Shown here one piece after another: positions 1-9,551 of a stretch of 64,000 bases of DNA. Every line of letters begins with the position of its first letter. The stretch's first letter is position 1. The stretch comes from Neophaeotheca triangularis (lineage: Eukaryota). The stretch lies in assembly GCA_054600435.1 (NCBI GenBank), contig BAAIJX010000007.1, positions 248,001 through 312,000 of the forward strand, read 5' to 3'. The notes under the pieces were generated by a model, which was given only the letters and a program-made list of their open reading frames with translations, was not told the DNA's origin and searched no databases. Both the position numbers and the translations under genes were made by a program.

Positions 1-156
1 GATCGCCAAACCTGATTCGGACCAATTTGAGAGATTTACTAGACCTTTCCACAATGTCCGTTCGCAAAATTACATATTACTAGAAGCCCCAAGGGGCCGT
101 TCTGGTTAGAGTTTCCTTACATGTTGCGCCCAAGTATACAGCTCTTGTCGAATGAG

Positions 157-2468
157 ATGTCGTGGCTTTCACCAAAGCGTCGTCGCACCACTGGGAACCT
201 CAAGACTATTCCCGGGGCGCAAACGAACGGCAACTCGAATAGCAAACTCCTTGAACCTCAACAGCCTGCGCTGCCTGAGAATGAGACACCCGTCTTGCGA
301 GTCCCGTCGCAGACAGCATCCTACGGTGGTCCGTCGAATTCCGACGGCAGTCTTTTCTACGCCTACGCTCGCCGGGTAAGCTCACGACCATGGAGCATAT
401 CACAGTCCCAGAGGCTCGCAATACTAACCGAGATATTTGCGCCCGGCAGGGTGACGACTCGCAACCACGACATCTGCTCACCTTCGCTTCAGCAGGCGTA
501 GCCGACGAATGGTGGCAGCTTGTCCAACAAAACTTTCCCGACTCGTCCCGTCCCGGGCCCCAGCTCTTTAGCTTCGAGCGAGACACCGACCTAGACGAAG
601 CATCGAGGCACGAGGCCTTCAAGCATCTTCAGTCAAAATGGATGTACTTCCAAAATCACGATGCTCCCAACGTTGCGACTCGAGACGTGATACCTGCGCA
701 GAATGCGAAAGGTAAGGTACTCGGCGGATCCGCGCCTACCAATCCAGAAATGGGCAGTATGAAGCCTGGCGCGAAGGCCGCAAGGTCGGAGGTATCGCAG
801 CTGGAACAGCACTTTGAAAAGATGATGGGAGCTGTGGAGAGGAACTCCGACCAAATAGCCGCGCTTGCTCAGAGACAAGCTGCCAGTGATGGAAAGCTTG
901 CTGTTCAAAGCCCCAGCTTGCTGAAGGGGAAGGTGCAAGGGACTACTCAGCTGGACATGGGGGTATTGGGAGCACACCTTGATCGCATCAATGGCACGCT
1001 CGAGAGGAATGCGCAGCATGTCGAGAGTCTCTCAAAGAGGCAGCAGGAAAATGAGGAAAGGCTGCGAACAGTCCTGGAAGAGAACAAGACACACTCGCCA
1101 GCCGGTAGTGTGGACATGACACAGCTCTCGAGTCACCTCGATCGAATACAAGACATGCTGGAGAAGACCATCACGGAACGCAAGAATAACGCGAATGGGG
1201 TTTTGAAAGACCAACAGCAGTCCGGGGTAGACTTTAGGCCTTTGACCGAAAAGCTCGGAAAGGTGGAGGAGGCTATGGAGCAGAACTCGGCGTTCATGAA
1301 GGCGTTGCTTGAGGAAGGCTCGGCGGCGTCAGCACCCGGGACGCCTTTTCCAACGCAGGAGAAAGCGGCGCCGCAGATAGACATGAGCCCTCTGGCTACC
1401 CATCTCGAAAACATACACAAGGCAATCGAGCAACAGTCCAGTCACATGCAGGCATTGGTCGGCTTTGCGAGTGGTGATGGGGACAGCAGCGGCGCAGGCG
1501 ACCAAACATCAGCGCAGGAGTCGACAGGTTTGGCGCCGTTGGGAGAACATCTCGAACAGATCTACAATGCTGTGGAGGATGGCAACAGCCACATGAAAGA
1601 CCTGGTCGAGGAATCCACTACCAGCAGGATGGAGGCTAAATCCAACTGCGATAGCATTACGGCGCAGCTAGAGGCGCTGCAAGAAGTTGTCGAGTGCCAG
1701 CCAAAGATTGACATGGAAACGCTCACTGAGCACCTTTTGGGAATCAGGAACGCAGCAGAAGAAAATGCTGAAAACATGCGCGACCTGATCGATGCGTATG
1801 GAGCTACCAGCGGTGACCTCGATATCCAACCCTTGGCCGACCACCTAGACGCTATACGTGAGACCACGGATAAGAACAGCGGACAGCTTACCCATCTGGT
1901 CGAAAATACCGGCACAGCTCGTTCGGGAGACTCTATCGACTTCACTCCGCTGACGGAACGATTGAATCGCATTCATAGCGTGCTGGAACAAACGCACGAG
2001 AACTCTCGCGACGTCTCGCCGGGCGGAGGTAACGTCAAATTCATCATGACGGCCCTATCATCGCATCTATCCAAGATCCAAGCTGTCGTCGAACAGAACG
2101 CGCAGCATGTCAAGGGCTTGCGCGAGAAGCAGTCGGCCAGCCAAGACAAGATGCATATTGCGATTACACAAACAGCGGAGCAGCTCCAGGCGCTGGCCCA
2201 ACGTGCTGCTGATTCCGAAGCTCAGCGGGCTCAGCTCGAGGCCAAACAGAGAGCTAGCGAGGTGAGGGTCGATAGGTTAGCACAGGAGCATAAGGAGGTC
2301 GTTGGCGTCTTGAAGGAACTCGCTGCTAATTTGAAGGCTACGACAAAGGGCGAGTGCGAACATGTGATTTCGCCGCCACCGCGGAAGGTCGGTAGAAGGA
2401 TCGTGGGGTTTGTGTATGAGGGCGACGACCGGAGCAGTACAGTGGACGGGCAGAGTTCGTTGCGGTGA
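157..2468 (+). CDS. Uncharacterised protein with ~10 amphipathic helical/coiled-coil repeats; 2 exons (157-375, 450-2468)
   Basis: The ORF from ATG 157 (MSWLSPKRRR...) joins the 692-aa ORF in frame via intron 376-449 (GTAAGC...CTAAC...CAG). Recurrent motif [IL]D[MF]xPLxxHLxxIxxxxExN. Confidence 0.75.
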
Positions 2469-3189
2469 TTGTGGTCATCGCCTTTCGTTTGTGCATAGGT
2501 GTATTCATGAGTTTATTAGGTACCTACCTTACCTAGGCGAGTTGATGCACAGTATTCGAACATAGCCCAGGTATCATCAGAGGATCATTTACTTACCACG
2601 TGATATGTGAGTGAGGTAAGGTAGGTACTTCTGTACCCCAACCCCCGTTTACCCACGTGCGTGCGCATCGTCGCGGAACGGTAGCCCCGCATGTTCTAAA
2701 CTTAGTTCGCGACAAGCTTGACGAGACCCTTCCCGTCAGGGCTGAGTGGACTCAGTGGAGAGGAGTGGACCTGGAGGTGTTCGCGCAGCGCAGCCTTTAC
2801 CTCCACTTGCAGTGTCTAGACTTGGACCACTCGTTTTCCATTCCTACCGGTTCGCTGACGCGAATAAAAGTAACCAATCACGCCCCCACGGTACCGCCGG
2901 GTGTCGTCGCAACCTCGAATCTCTCTCTCAGCTACCTTAATACCACAGACAGCTCACACCGCTATGCCTTCTTTCACAAATCGTATGCCCGCATCTCGTA
3001 ACGTAAGCTCGACGCTTGGAGTATTGGCTGTTCTGGGAAGCATGTGATGGTCCCCGTCCTTCTTACTACTCGCCCAATCAGCTGGAGCTAGCAACACCAG
3101 AGCCTCACCTCACAGCTTCGCACCGTTTCGGTGTGCCATTGTCTCACCCTCCTTCTGGCAAATGCGCTGCCGATTGAAACTTGGTCGCC

Positions 3190-6100
3190 ATGTTTGCCGG
3201 AGCTTCCACTGGCGAAAGGCACCACGGACATCTCATTGAAAGATGGAACAGCAGCCGTCAGCGCATGGCAGAGGATGAGCGTCGGCAGAGTGCGGACGAG
3301 ATACAAGAAATGGATGGAGGATGGAGGGCCGAGGCCGATCAAAGCAATGTCAGCGACGAAGAAAGCGGCCGAAAAGAGGCGGGCGCTGAAGAAGATAGAG
3401 GCAGGAACATCAACGACGAAGATTGGCCGCTTAGGAGGGATGTCAGTCCTGTTGCGGAGGCTGGGGCTCATGAGGACGGAGTGACAAGGACAGGGTCTAT
3501 CCATCGGCCGCAGATCAACGGATCGGCCGCCAGTTCGAGACAGTCAATCGCAACAAGGACCCGTGGGGCCTCAGAGGTGTCAGCAGCCAGTCGGCCAGGA
3601 GGGTCTAGCGAGGATGGTAGTTTTGCTGGACGCACTCGGCGAGATGTGTCTTCGAATGTGAGCGATAGCGAAGTGGTGGCTGGATCGTCCCGGCCATATT
3701 ACGACAGCGCTCCCATTTCACCTGTACTTGATGATGGATCACAACGTGTCAGTGCAGGGAGTCGGAGTCCGAACGCCAACGGCTTGTCATCTAGATCCTT
3801 CAGCCAACGTCGATCTCCCAGCGTGAGAACGCCTTCGGACAGACATGTACAAACTCCGGAGCCGAGTCCATCTTCTGACGGAGTGAATGCTGCGCAATTG
3901 ACGCAACCGTGTCCTGAGCTCGACAAGAACAGCGAGCTTATCACCCACGAGGCGCCTTCGCCGCTTATCGATGGTATGACGACCCCAACAGTGAATCATG
4001 GGCGGTCAGGCTCGATGATAAAATCTACTCCGCCGAGGCGCAACATACCAAAGCAGTCTTCTCCAAGCCCTTATAGCACAACAAAGGTAGCACAGAACAG
4101 GGACAGAGTCCGCTACAGCTGGCAATCCGTCCAGGACGACGAGCCGAACCGGCCACGCATACACATAATCAAGCTTGTATCAAATACTGCTACAGCTAGT
4201 GCTGGGTTCCCGCAAGGCGAAGCTTTCGGTTTCTCAATATCTCCCGGAGGCAGGAGGATTGCGGCTTACAATTCTGCTCGTCTTTTCGTTCTGCAAAGTG
4301 CAGCTCTTCCGGTAGGTATCAGCCAAGACTATGCTTTGAAGCGAAGGCCTCTCGCTGTGGAAATTGTGGACGACGGCAGCGTACTTGCGGTGTTAGCAGA
4401 CGAGCATACTGTCAACATATATGATCTTTCGCAGCAGCAGCTCCAGAGGACGCGGACTATCAAGCTCGACTTCCCAACCGGTTGCATTGCCCTCGCGCCT
4501 ACGGGCGGCCTCCTGGCTGCGGCATACGAGGGCGGAGTAGAAGTCTTCTCGTTGGATGCTAATGCTCTTGCTACAGATAGAAGAGCTGTGCGGTCGCAGC
4601 GCATGGACAAGCTAGCGTTCTCAGAGGATGGTTCGACATTGCTTGGCACCACCACGAGGGTGAACGTCTCATCGACCGTCGTGGTCTCCGTTCCCGTGTT
4701 TCCTGCGAATGCCAATGGCATACCAACTTCCGAGGAGCTCAAGGAAGCATGGTGCTCAGAGCTCTTGCACCCAGAGAACATTCGCAATAGCAGCCATGCG
4801 GCATTTATGCGCGAGAACGGAGCTTGTTGCAACGAACGCCTCTATGCTTGGGACGGCATGCGGGATACGTTTGGCATACTCAACACGACAGACATGGAGT
4901 ATAGTAACATCGACTTTCCGGTTGTGATCTCGCCGCCTTTGTCGACTTGCGGCGGGCTTGGTGCTGCTATACATAGTTGCCCAGCGGTAGACGAGCACGG
5001 CGATACTGTTGCGATGGTTGTCAACGACCGCACCATTCGGCTCTACATAGTCCCACACAAGGCGGAGGACAACGAAACGGATGTCGAAGCTCACAGCATC
5101 GATCACGAGCTAGACGAGGGATACGGTTGTCCTATCAACGAGGTCCGATGGGTACATTCGCACTCTAATTTGCCAGCGCCGCTCAGTAACCAAAGCCAGA
5201 TACAAGGCAGACTAATTGCAACTAGCCCTGGAGGCGTGATGGACCCCAGTTTGCCCGCAGAGATCGTCCAAGATCTTGAGGGTGGCAGAATCATCCTGTT
5301 TGACTTCGACCCGCAGTTTGCTGGTCAGCCCGGGCAAACGTTTTCATTAACGCTTGGGAAAATGCCACCGCAGACTCTGGAGGAAGAAGAGTTCGATGTG
5401 GCGCAGCAAGTGGAGCTGGTCAGAAGACGTACGATCAACCAAAGTAAAAGTGGAGGTTTAAGTCAGAAGGCAGTCACGTTGGGTAGAGCAGCCTCGACGT
5501 TCAACTCCGGCCGATCTTCTAGAGCGCCCAATCCGGGTTCTGGAATGTTTGCCAGCTCTCACGCCGGTCTACCGTCGTCATCTGCAAACCGTCAACCGCG
5601 ATCTGTGTTGTCAATACACTCCATGCAATCTGAAGCGACAAGATCTTTGCCAGATCTGGTGGAAGGTGCGGAAGCCATAGAAGAGCCATATGCCAACCAA
5701 GCACCTAGGTCACAAGCGTCATTACAACGCGCAGCTACCAACGCGCAGCGTCACCGCTTTCAGTCAATCGAGGAAAGAAACCAGGAACGTGCCAGCGTTG
5801 ACAGCAACAGGACTTTCTTACCACTCCCACAATACACCGAAGAACCAAACACACCTCTACCTGGAAAATACCGCGCTATGGCTGGTCTTGACAATCTGAG
5901 CCGCTCCCCGGCCAGACCGTCCGTTCAGACAACTACCGAACATGCAACACCATCCGTATCAAACCAGGGCCCCATGACGGCTCCTGCTTCTGTTGGCGAG
6001 AACTTCAGCGCTGAACAGGCCTTCGCCGTCGCGAATCAAACGTCCACTATGATGAGCCCCGAATCTCAGCGTCCCAGTCACCTACCAAGATCGCTACAGA

Positions 6101-6843
6101 GGGCATACTACACTGCTATGAATCCTTCACTGCTTGGGACTGGCCCACCGCCAAACTTGGTCGGCGACTGGGAGAACGTCAGGCCTGTTGGAGCCGATGG
6201 TACCGCGCTCTCGTTCCAATCAGCGCAGCGTGCTGCGCCGGTGGAAGAGGATCCAGATGCAATTTTGCCCGTCGCATCACCAGGACGATCATCACCATTC
6301 GGCCGCGCTTTGGAAAACTCCAATCGCCAATCGCCCTCACTTCTAACTTCTGCGGGCACAGTCAACCGAGACCCCAGCTCGGGCTCGAGCTTCGGCGGTA
6401 CCAGCATGAGTCAGCAAACACGAACACCAGGATCGAACTTGCCACCGCACATGCAAGCCTTTCGCGCCGCAGCGGCATCTGCTTCGCTCTTCCCACCGTC
6501 AGAGCAGTCGGATCGCGTGCCTCACCGGCAGCAAGATCAGAATCCCGGTAACGTGGCCCATCCGATCACTGCCTGGCATCCGCCATCTGCAAGCACGCCG
6601 CCTAAAGAGGTCTCTGGAAGTCGTCACAGCGGGAAGGCAAGTGTTGCCAATACGGAAAAATCAAGGAAACCAAGCTGGTTCGGCAGCAAAAGAGGCAGGA
6701 AAGCGGCGGGAGAGTCTCAGCAAGAGGTGACAGGTGCAGCGAGCAGATCAGACAAGGACAAGAGCAATAAGAATGAGAATGAGAATGAGAATGAGAATGC
6801 TTGGACAGCTGGATACCATGAGAGAAAGTGTGAGATTATGTAA
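3190..6843 (+). CDS. Large protein with central WD40/YVTN-like beta-propeller region, disordered Ser/Pro-rich flanks and C-terminal CaaX-like motif (start codon uncertain)
   Basis: 1220-codon uninterrupted ORF. Repeating beta-strand units (FSISPGGRRIAAY, IALAPTGGLLAAAY, LAFSEDGSTLLG, TIRLYIV). Ends ...ERKCEIM*. Confidence 0.75.
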   Translation: MFAGASTGERHHGHLIERWNSSRQRMAEDERRQSADEIQEMDGGWRAEADQSNVSDEESGRKEAGAEEDRGRNINDEDWPLRRDVSPVAEAGAHEDGVTRTGSIHRPQINGSAASSRQSIATRTRGASEVSAASRPGGSSEDGSFAGRTRRDVSSNVSDSEVVAGSSRPYYDSAPISPVLDDGSQRVSAGSRSPNANGLSSRSFSQRRSPSVRTPSDRHVQTPEPSPSSDGVNAAQLTQPCPELDKNSELITHEAPSPLIDGMTTPTVNHGRSGSMIKSTPPRRNIPKQSSPSPYSTTKVAQNRDRVRYSWQSVQDDEPNRPRIHIIKLVSNTATASAGFPQGEAFGFSISPGGRRIAAYNSARLFVLQSAALPVGISQDYALKRRPLAVEIVDDGSVLAVLADEHTVNIYDLSQQQLQRTRTIKLDFPTGCIALAPTGGLLAAAYEGGVEVFSLDANALATDRRAVRSQRMDKLAFSEDGSTLLGTTTRVNVSSTVVVSVPVFPANANGIPTSEELKEAWCSELLHPENIRNSSHAAFMRENGACCNERLYAWDGMRDTFGILNTTDMEYSNIDFPVVISPPLSTCGGLGAAIHSCPAVDEHGDTVAMVVNDRTIRLYIVPHKAEDNETDVEAHSIDHELDEGYGCPINEVRWVHSHSNLPAPLSNQSQIQGRLIATSPGGVMDPSLPAEIVQDLEGGRIILFDFDPQFAGQPGQTFSLTLGKMPPQTLEEEEFDVAQQVELVRRRTINQSKSGGLSQKAVTLGRAASTFNSGRSSRAPNPGSGMFASSHAGLPSSSANRQPRSVLSIHSMQSEATRSLPDLVEGAEAIEEPYANQAPRSQASLQRAATNAQRHRFQSIEERNQERASVDSNRTFLPLPQYTEEPNTPLPGKYRAMAGLDNLSRSPARPSVQTTTEHATPSVSNQGPMTAPASVGENFSAEQAFAVANQTSTMMSPESQRPSHLPRSLQRAYYTAMNPSLLGTGPPPNLVGDWENVRPVGADGTALSFQSAQRAAPVEEDPDAILPVASPGRSSPFGRALENSNRQSPSLLTSAGTVNRDPSSGSSFGGTSMSQQTRTPGSNLPPHMQAFRAAAASASLFPPSEQSDRVPHRQQDQNPGNVAHPITAWHPPSASTPPKEVSGSRHSGKASVANTEKSRKPSWFGSKRGRKAAGESQQEVTGAASRSDKDKSNKNENENENENAWTAGYHERKCEIM

Positions 6844-7187
6844 ATTCAAAAGGCGTTTGAAGGGTGCGTTCGAGCGGATTTTGAATCGGGGTCCGAGTGT
6901 GCTTTGCGCAGGACGTTGGAATGAACATAGATACCCTCTTGGCAGTTAATCTTTCTAAGAAATCGAAAAGCCCCCATCATTATTGAAATGCGAAATAGGG
7001 AGTGTCAGTCCTACACAACCTTGGAGGTACCTACGTGTGGACGTTGATCGGCCTGCGCCACCACGTGCTGTGGCGATCCAGGAGGCGTGCGTGCCAGGAT
7101 CGTGACGTAGTCCGCGGGCCTCTCCAACATGGGGCACGTGAAAGCCTCGGTCGTGGATATTAGGTAGTATATGTCAGCTGTATATCT

Positions 7188-7226
<39 letters not shown>
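7188..7226. repeat. (TAC)13 microsatellite upstream of msrA
   Basis: Direct reading of tandem TAC units. Confidence 0.95.
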
Positions 7227-7228
<2 letters not shown>

Positions 7229-7385
7229 GTACTACTATCCATCCTTTTTGCCGAACAAAAGGAAAAAAAACCCCGCCGACCTATCCCTCTCTCAAAAACT
7301 TACACCACTTTTAAGAGAATCCGACAAGCTGAAGCCCATCAAGAACATTCTCCTAATCGTCCTCGGAATCCTCAGCGCATACACC

Positions 7386-8138
7386 ATGGCCTCCATCTTC
7401 CAACGTCTTACCCGCCCCTTCACATCGAGCACCATGCGATTCGCGCCAGAAGCTTCCGGGCCCATGAGCAACCCCGAGGGCTCGCAAAAGTGTACCATTG
7501 CCGCCGGCTGCTTCTGGGGCGTTGAGCACAGGTACCGCAAGGACTTCCAGGACAAGGGCCTGCTGGACGCAAGAGTGGGCTACATTGGAGGCGACACCAA
7601 GGACCCCAGCTACCGCGCCGTGTGCAGTGGACGGACAGGACGTGAGTTGTTGTCTGCAGAAAACAATAGTACCAAGTAGCCATCAATACCAGTCGAGCTG
7701 ACGGAAACCCTACCAACAGACACCGAAGCCCTCCAAGTCGTCTTCGACCCGCAAAAAGTCTCGTACCGCACGCTGATCGAGTACTTTTACAAGATGCACG
7801 ACCCGACAACGGCCAACCGCCAAGGCCCCGACACGGGCTCGCAGTACCGCAGCGGCATCTTCTACCACAGCGACGAGCAAAAGGAAATCGCCAAGGACGT
7901 GACGCAAAAGGCCAACGATCAGTGGTGGAAGGGCTCGATTGTCACTGAGATTTTGCCCGCGGGCGAGTGGTGGAACGCCGAGGACTACCACCAAAAGTAC
8001 CTGGATTATAACCCCGGCGGTTACGATGTAAGACCTTGCTGGGCGAACTTACCGTGTGCTTTGCGCATGATTGCTAATATTTGATACCGTTGCCAGTGCC
8101 CGACGCATTTCATTCGCAAACTCCCCGACCTCCAGTAG
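7386..8138 (+). CDS. msrA: Peptide methionine sulfoxide reductase MsrA; exons 7386-7641, 7720-8027, 8097-8138
   Basis: GCFWG catalytic motif, GYIGG, GHTEALQV, HDPTTANRQGPDTGSQYRSGIF, AEDYHQKYL and C-terminal CPTH. Two GT-AG introns restore the frame. Confidence 0.95.
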
Positions 8139-8427
8139 TGGGGCGCTTTTGACGCCATCAACGAACGACCTTTTAGATTCACCGTAGCGCCGTATAAAAA
8201 TCTCTTGGTTTCGAAATGTTTTACGATCGCACTAATTTTGTTCCGTTTCAGTTTCAAGGCTGTTCTTCCGAACAGAGATCGGCCTGGCAGTCAGCTTGAC
8301 GTTGGCTCTCACCTTTACGCTGGCCGACAGACGGCGATTTATCCAGTTTCCTGGGTGAGAAGTAACGGACTTTGGCGAGCGAAAAAATTAAAATAAGAAG
8401 ACTCAATTGAATACAAAAGGGCAAAAA

Positions 8428-8505
8428 ACATACAACAGGTGGGATTCCCACGTGGTCACCCACCGTAGTACTAGTCACCCGCTTCAGTGCTTGAATATGG
8501 CAGAG
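8428..8505 (-). rRNA. 5'-truncated 5S rRNA gene (approximately the last 78 nt) followed by oligo-T Pol III terminator; probably a pseudogene
   Basis: Minus strand reads CTCTGCCATATTCAAGCACTGAAGCGGGTGACTAGTACTACGGTGGGTGACCACGTGGGAATCCCACCTGTTGTATGT-TTTTT. This matches the fungal 5S 3' domain (TAGTA..GGTGGGTGACCAC..GAATCC..TGTTGTATGT). The expected 5' ~40 nt (ACATACGACCATA...CCCGTCCG) is absent. Confidence 0.85.
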
Positions 8506-8602
8506 TACCTGCATTCGCTTAGCATGGTGTTCCTAAGCCTTCTGCTCGGAGTGGAAGCCTACCGCCCACATCAACACCTATTCTGATCGTCTTGCCATCC
8601 AT
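8504..8602 (-). pseudogene. 5' stump of a hydantoinase/oxoprolinase-family gene (MDGKTIRIGVDVG|GT), truncated right after intron 1
   Basis: Exon 8602-8563 encodes MDGKTIRIGVDVG. Intron 8562-8509 (GTAGGC...GCTAAG...GCAG) splices to give GGT ACT = G-T, completing the IGVDVGGT N-terminal motif of the family. The sequence then switches to 5S DNA and soon reaches TAG. Confidence 0.7.
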
Positions 8603-9211
8603 GCTGATGGCGTATCGACTTTCGAATCGCTCGCAACGCTTAAAAAGGGCCTTTGGCGCCGAGAGCACAAAAGGCAAGGGTAGACGATACTTACCTGGCA
8701 AGCCCGTAGTGACAGTCTCGGATGGGGCATGAGTACTAAGCTATCGCCAGGGATATCAAAGGCTGTGGGCCAGGTTCGATACCGATTAGAGTGAGCCCGG
8801 TGGCCCATAAGGCACCTTGGTAGTAAGCATCTTAAGGGATCAGTCAAGATTGCCAAAGAAACTGCACCACAAGTAGAGTCTTTGCATGAGCACGCGGCGG
8901 ATGCGATAGGCTGCAAAAGTGTCCTCAACGTGTAAGTTACATTGCCGGTCGGAGAGTGCGCCTGTGGATATGGGAGGTAGTGTGTATGCCAGATCCACAG
9001 TCCCGATGCGGGCACTCGTCTAGCCACGTGTATAGCTGGGCAGCTAGGATACTACAGTAAGTCCAACGTGTTGGCGAAATGATACTGTTTATTTGACGTC
9101 GTGAATGTTGTCCATGCTAATCGGCTACTGAATGTTACCTCCTGCGTGATGTTCGAAGAAGCTCGCCTAAAAGGGCCACAAAGCGGTAGACCGGGACCAA
9201 CTTCACCTGAT

Positions 9212-9457
9212 CTTATCTCCGCTATCGGTCAAGTGTTGCTCGAACTGCGGCGTCCTGAACTTCACTTCAAGTCTAGAGGAACAAGAGATAACTATCAAGC
9301 TACCGAATGACTCGGAAGTTGCAGCAGTCGGCTACTCTATCTCCTCAGCTGCTTCTTAGTCAGTCCATGAGGAAACATTGAATACCTGCTCATGTATGGG
9401 CGTTAGGAAGATAAGGTAGTCTTCAACAGCAGCTACATTCTTGATATGAACGATAAC
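9212..9457. promoter_or_regulatory. Cluster of GATA elements (candidate AreA/Nit2 nitrogen-regulation sites) in the divergent promoter
   Basis: CTTATC ~9212, CTATC ~9222, AGATAA/CTATCA ~9286-9297, CTATCT ~9337, AGATAA ~9409, CGATAA ~9451, all within ~250 bp upstream of the NCS1 start. Confidence 0.45.
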
Positions 9458-9551
9458 GACAAGTAAAATAGAAAGGTAAGGCCTCACGCCTTCAATTATT
9501 CAATGCTTTTGCATACATTCCAGCCCATCCTCGGCGATTCAAGTACCCAAA

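Noticed and set aside
8687..8700. ATACTTACCTGGCA, identical to the 5' end of U1 snRNA
   Set aside because: The U1 stem-loop I GATCA..GAAG loop, the CATTGCAC U1A site and the Sm site do not follow. It is simply the reverse complement of a strong 5' splice-site-like sequence (CAG|GTAAGTAT).
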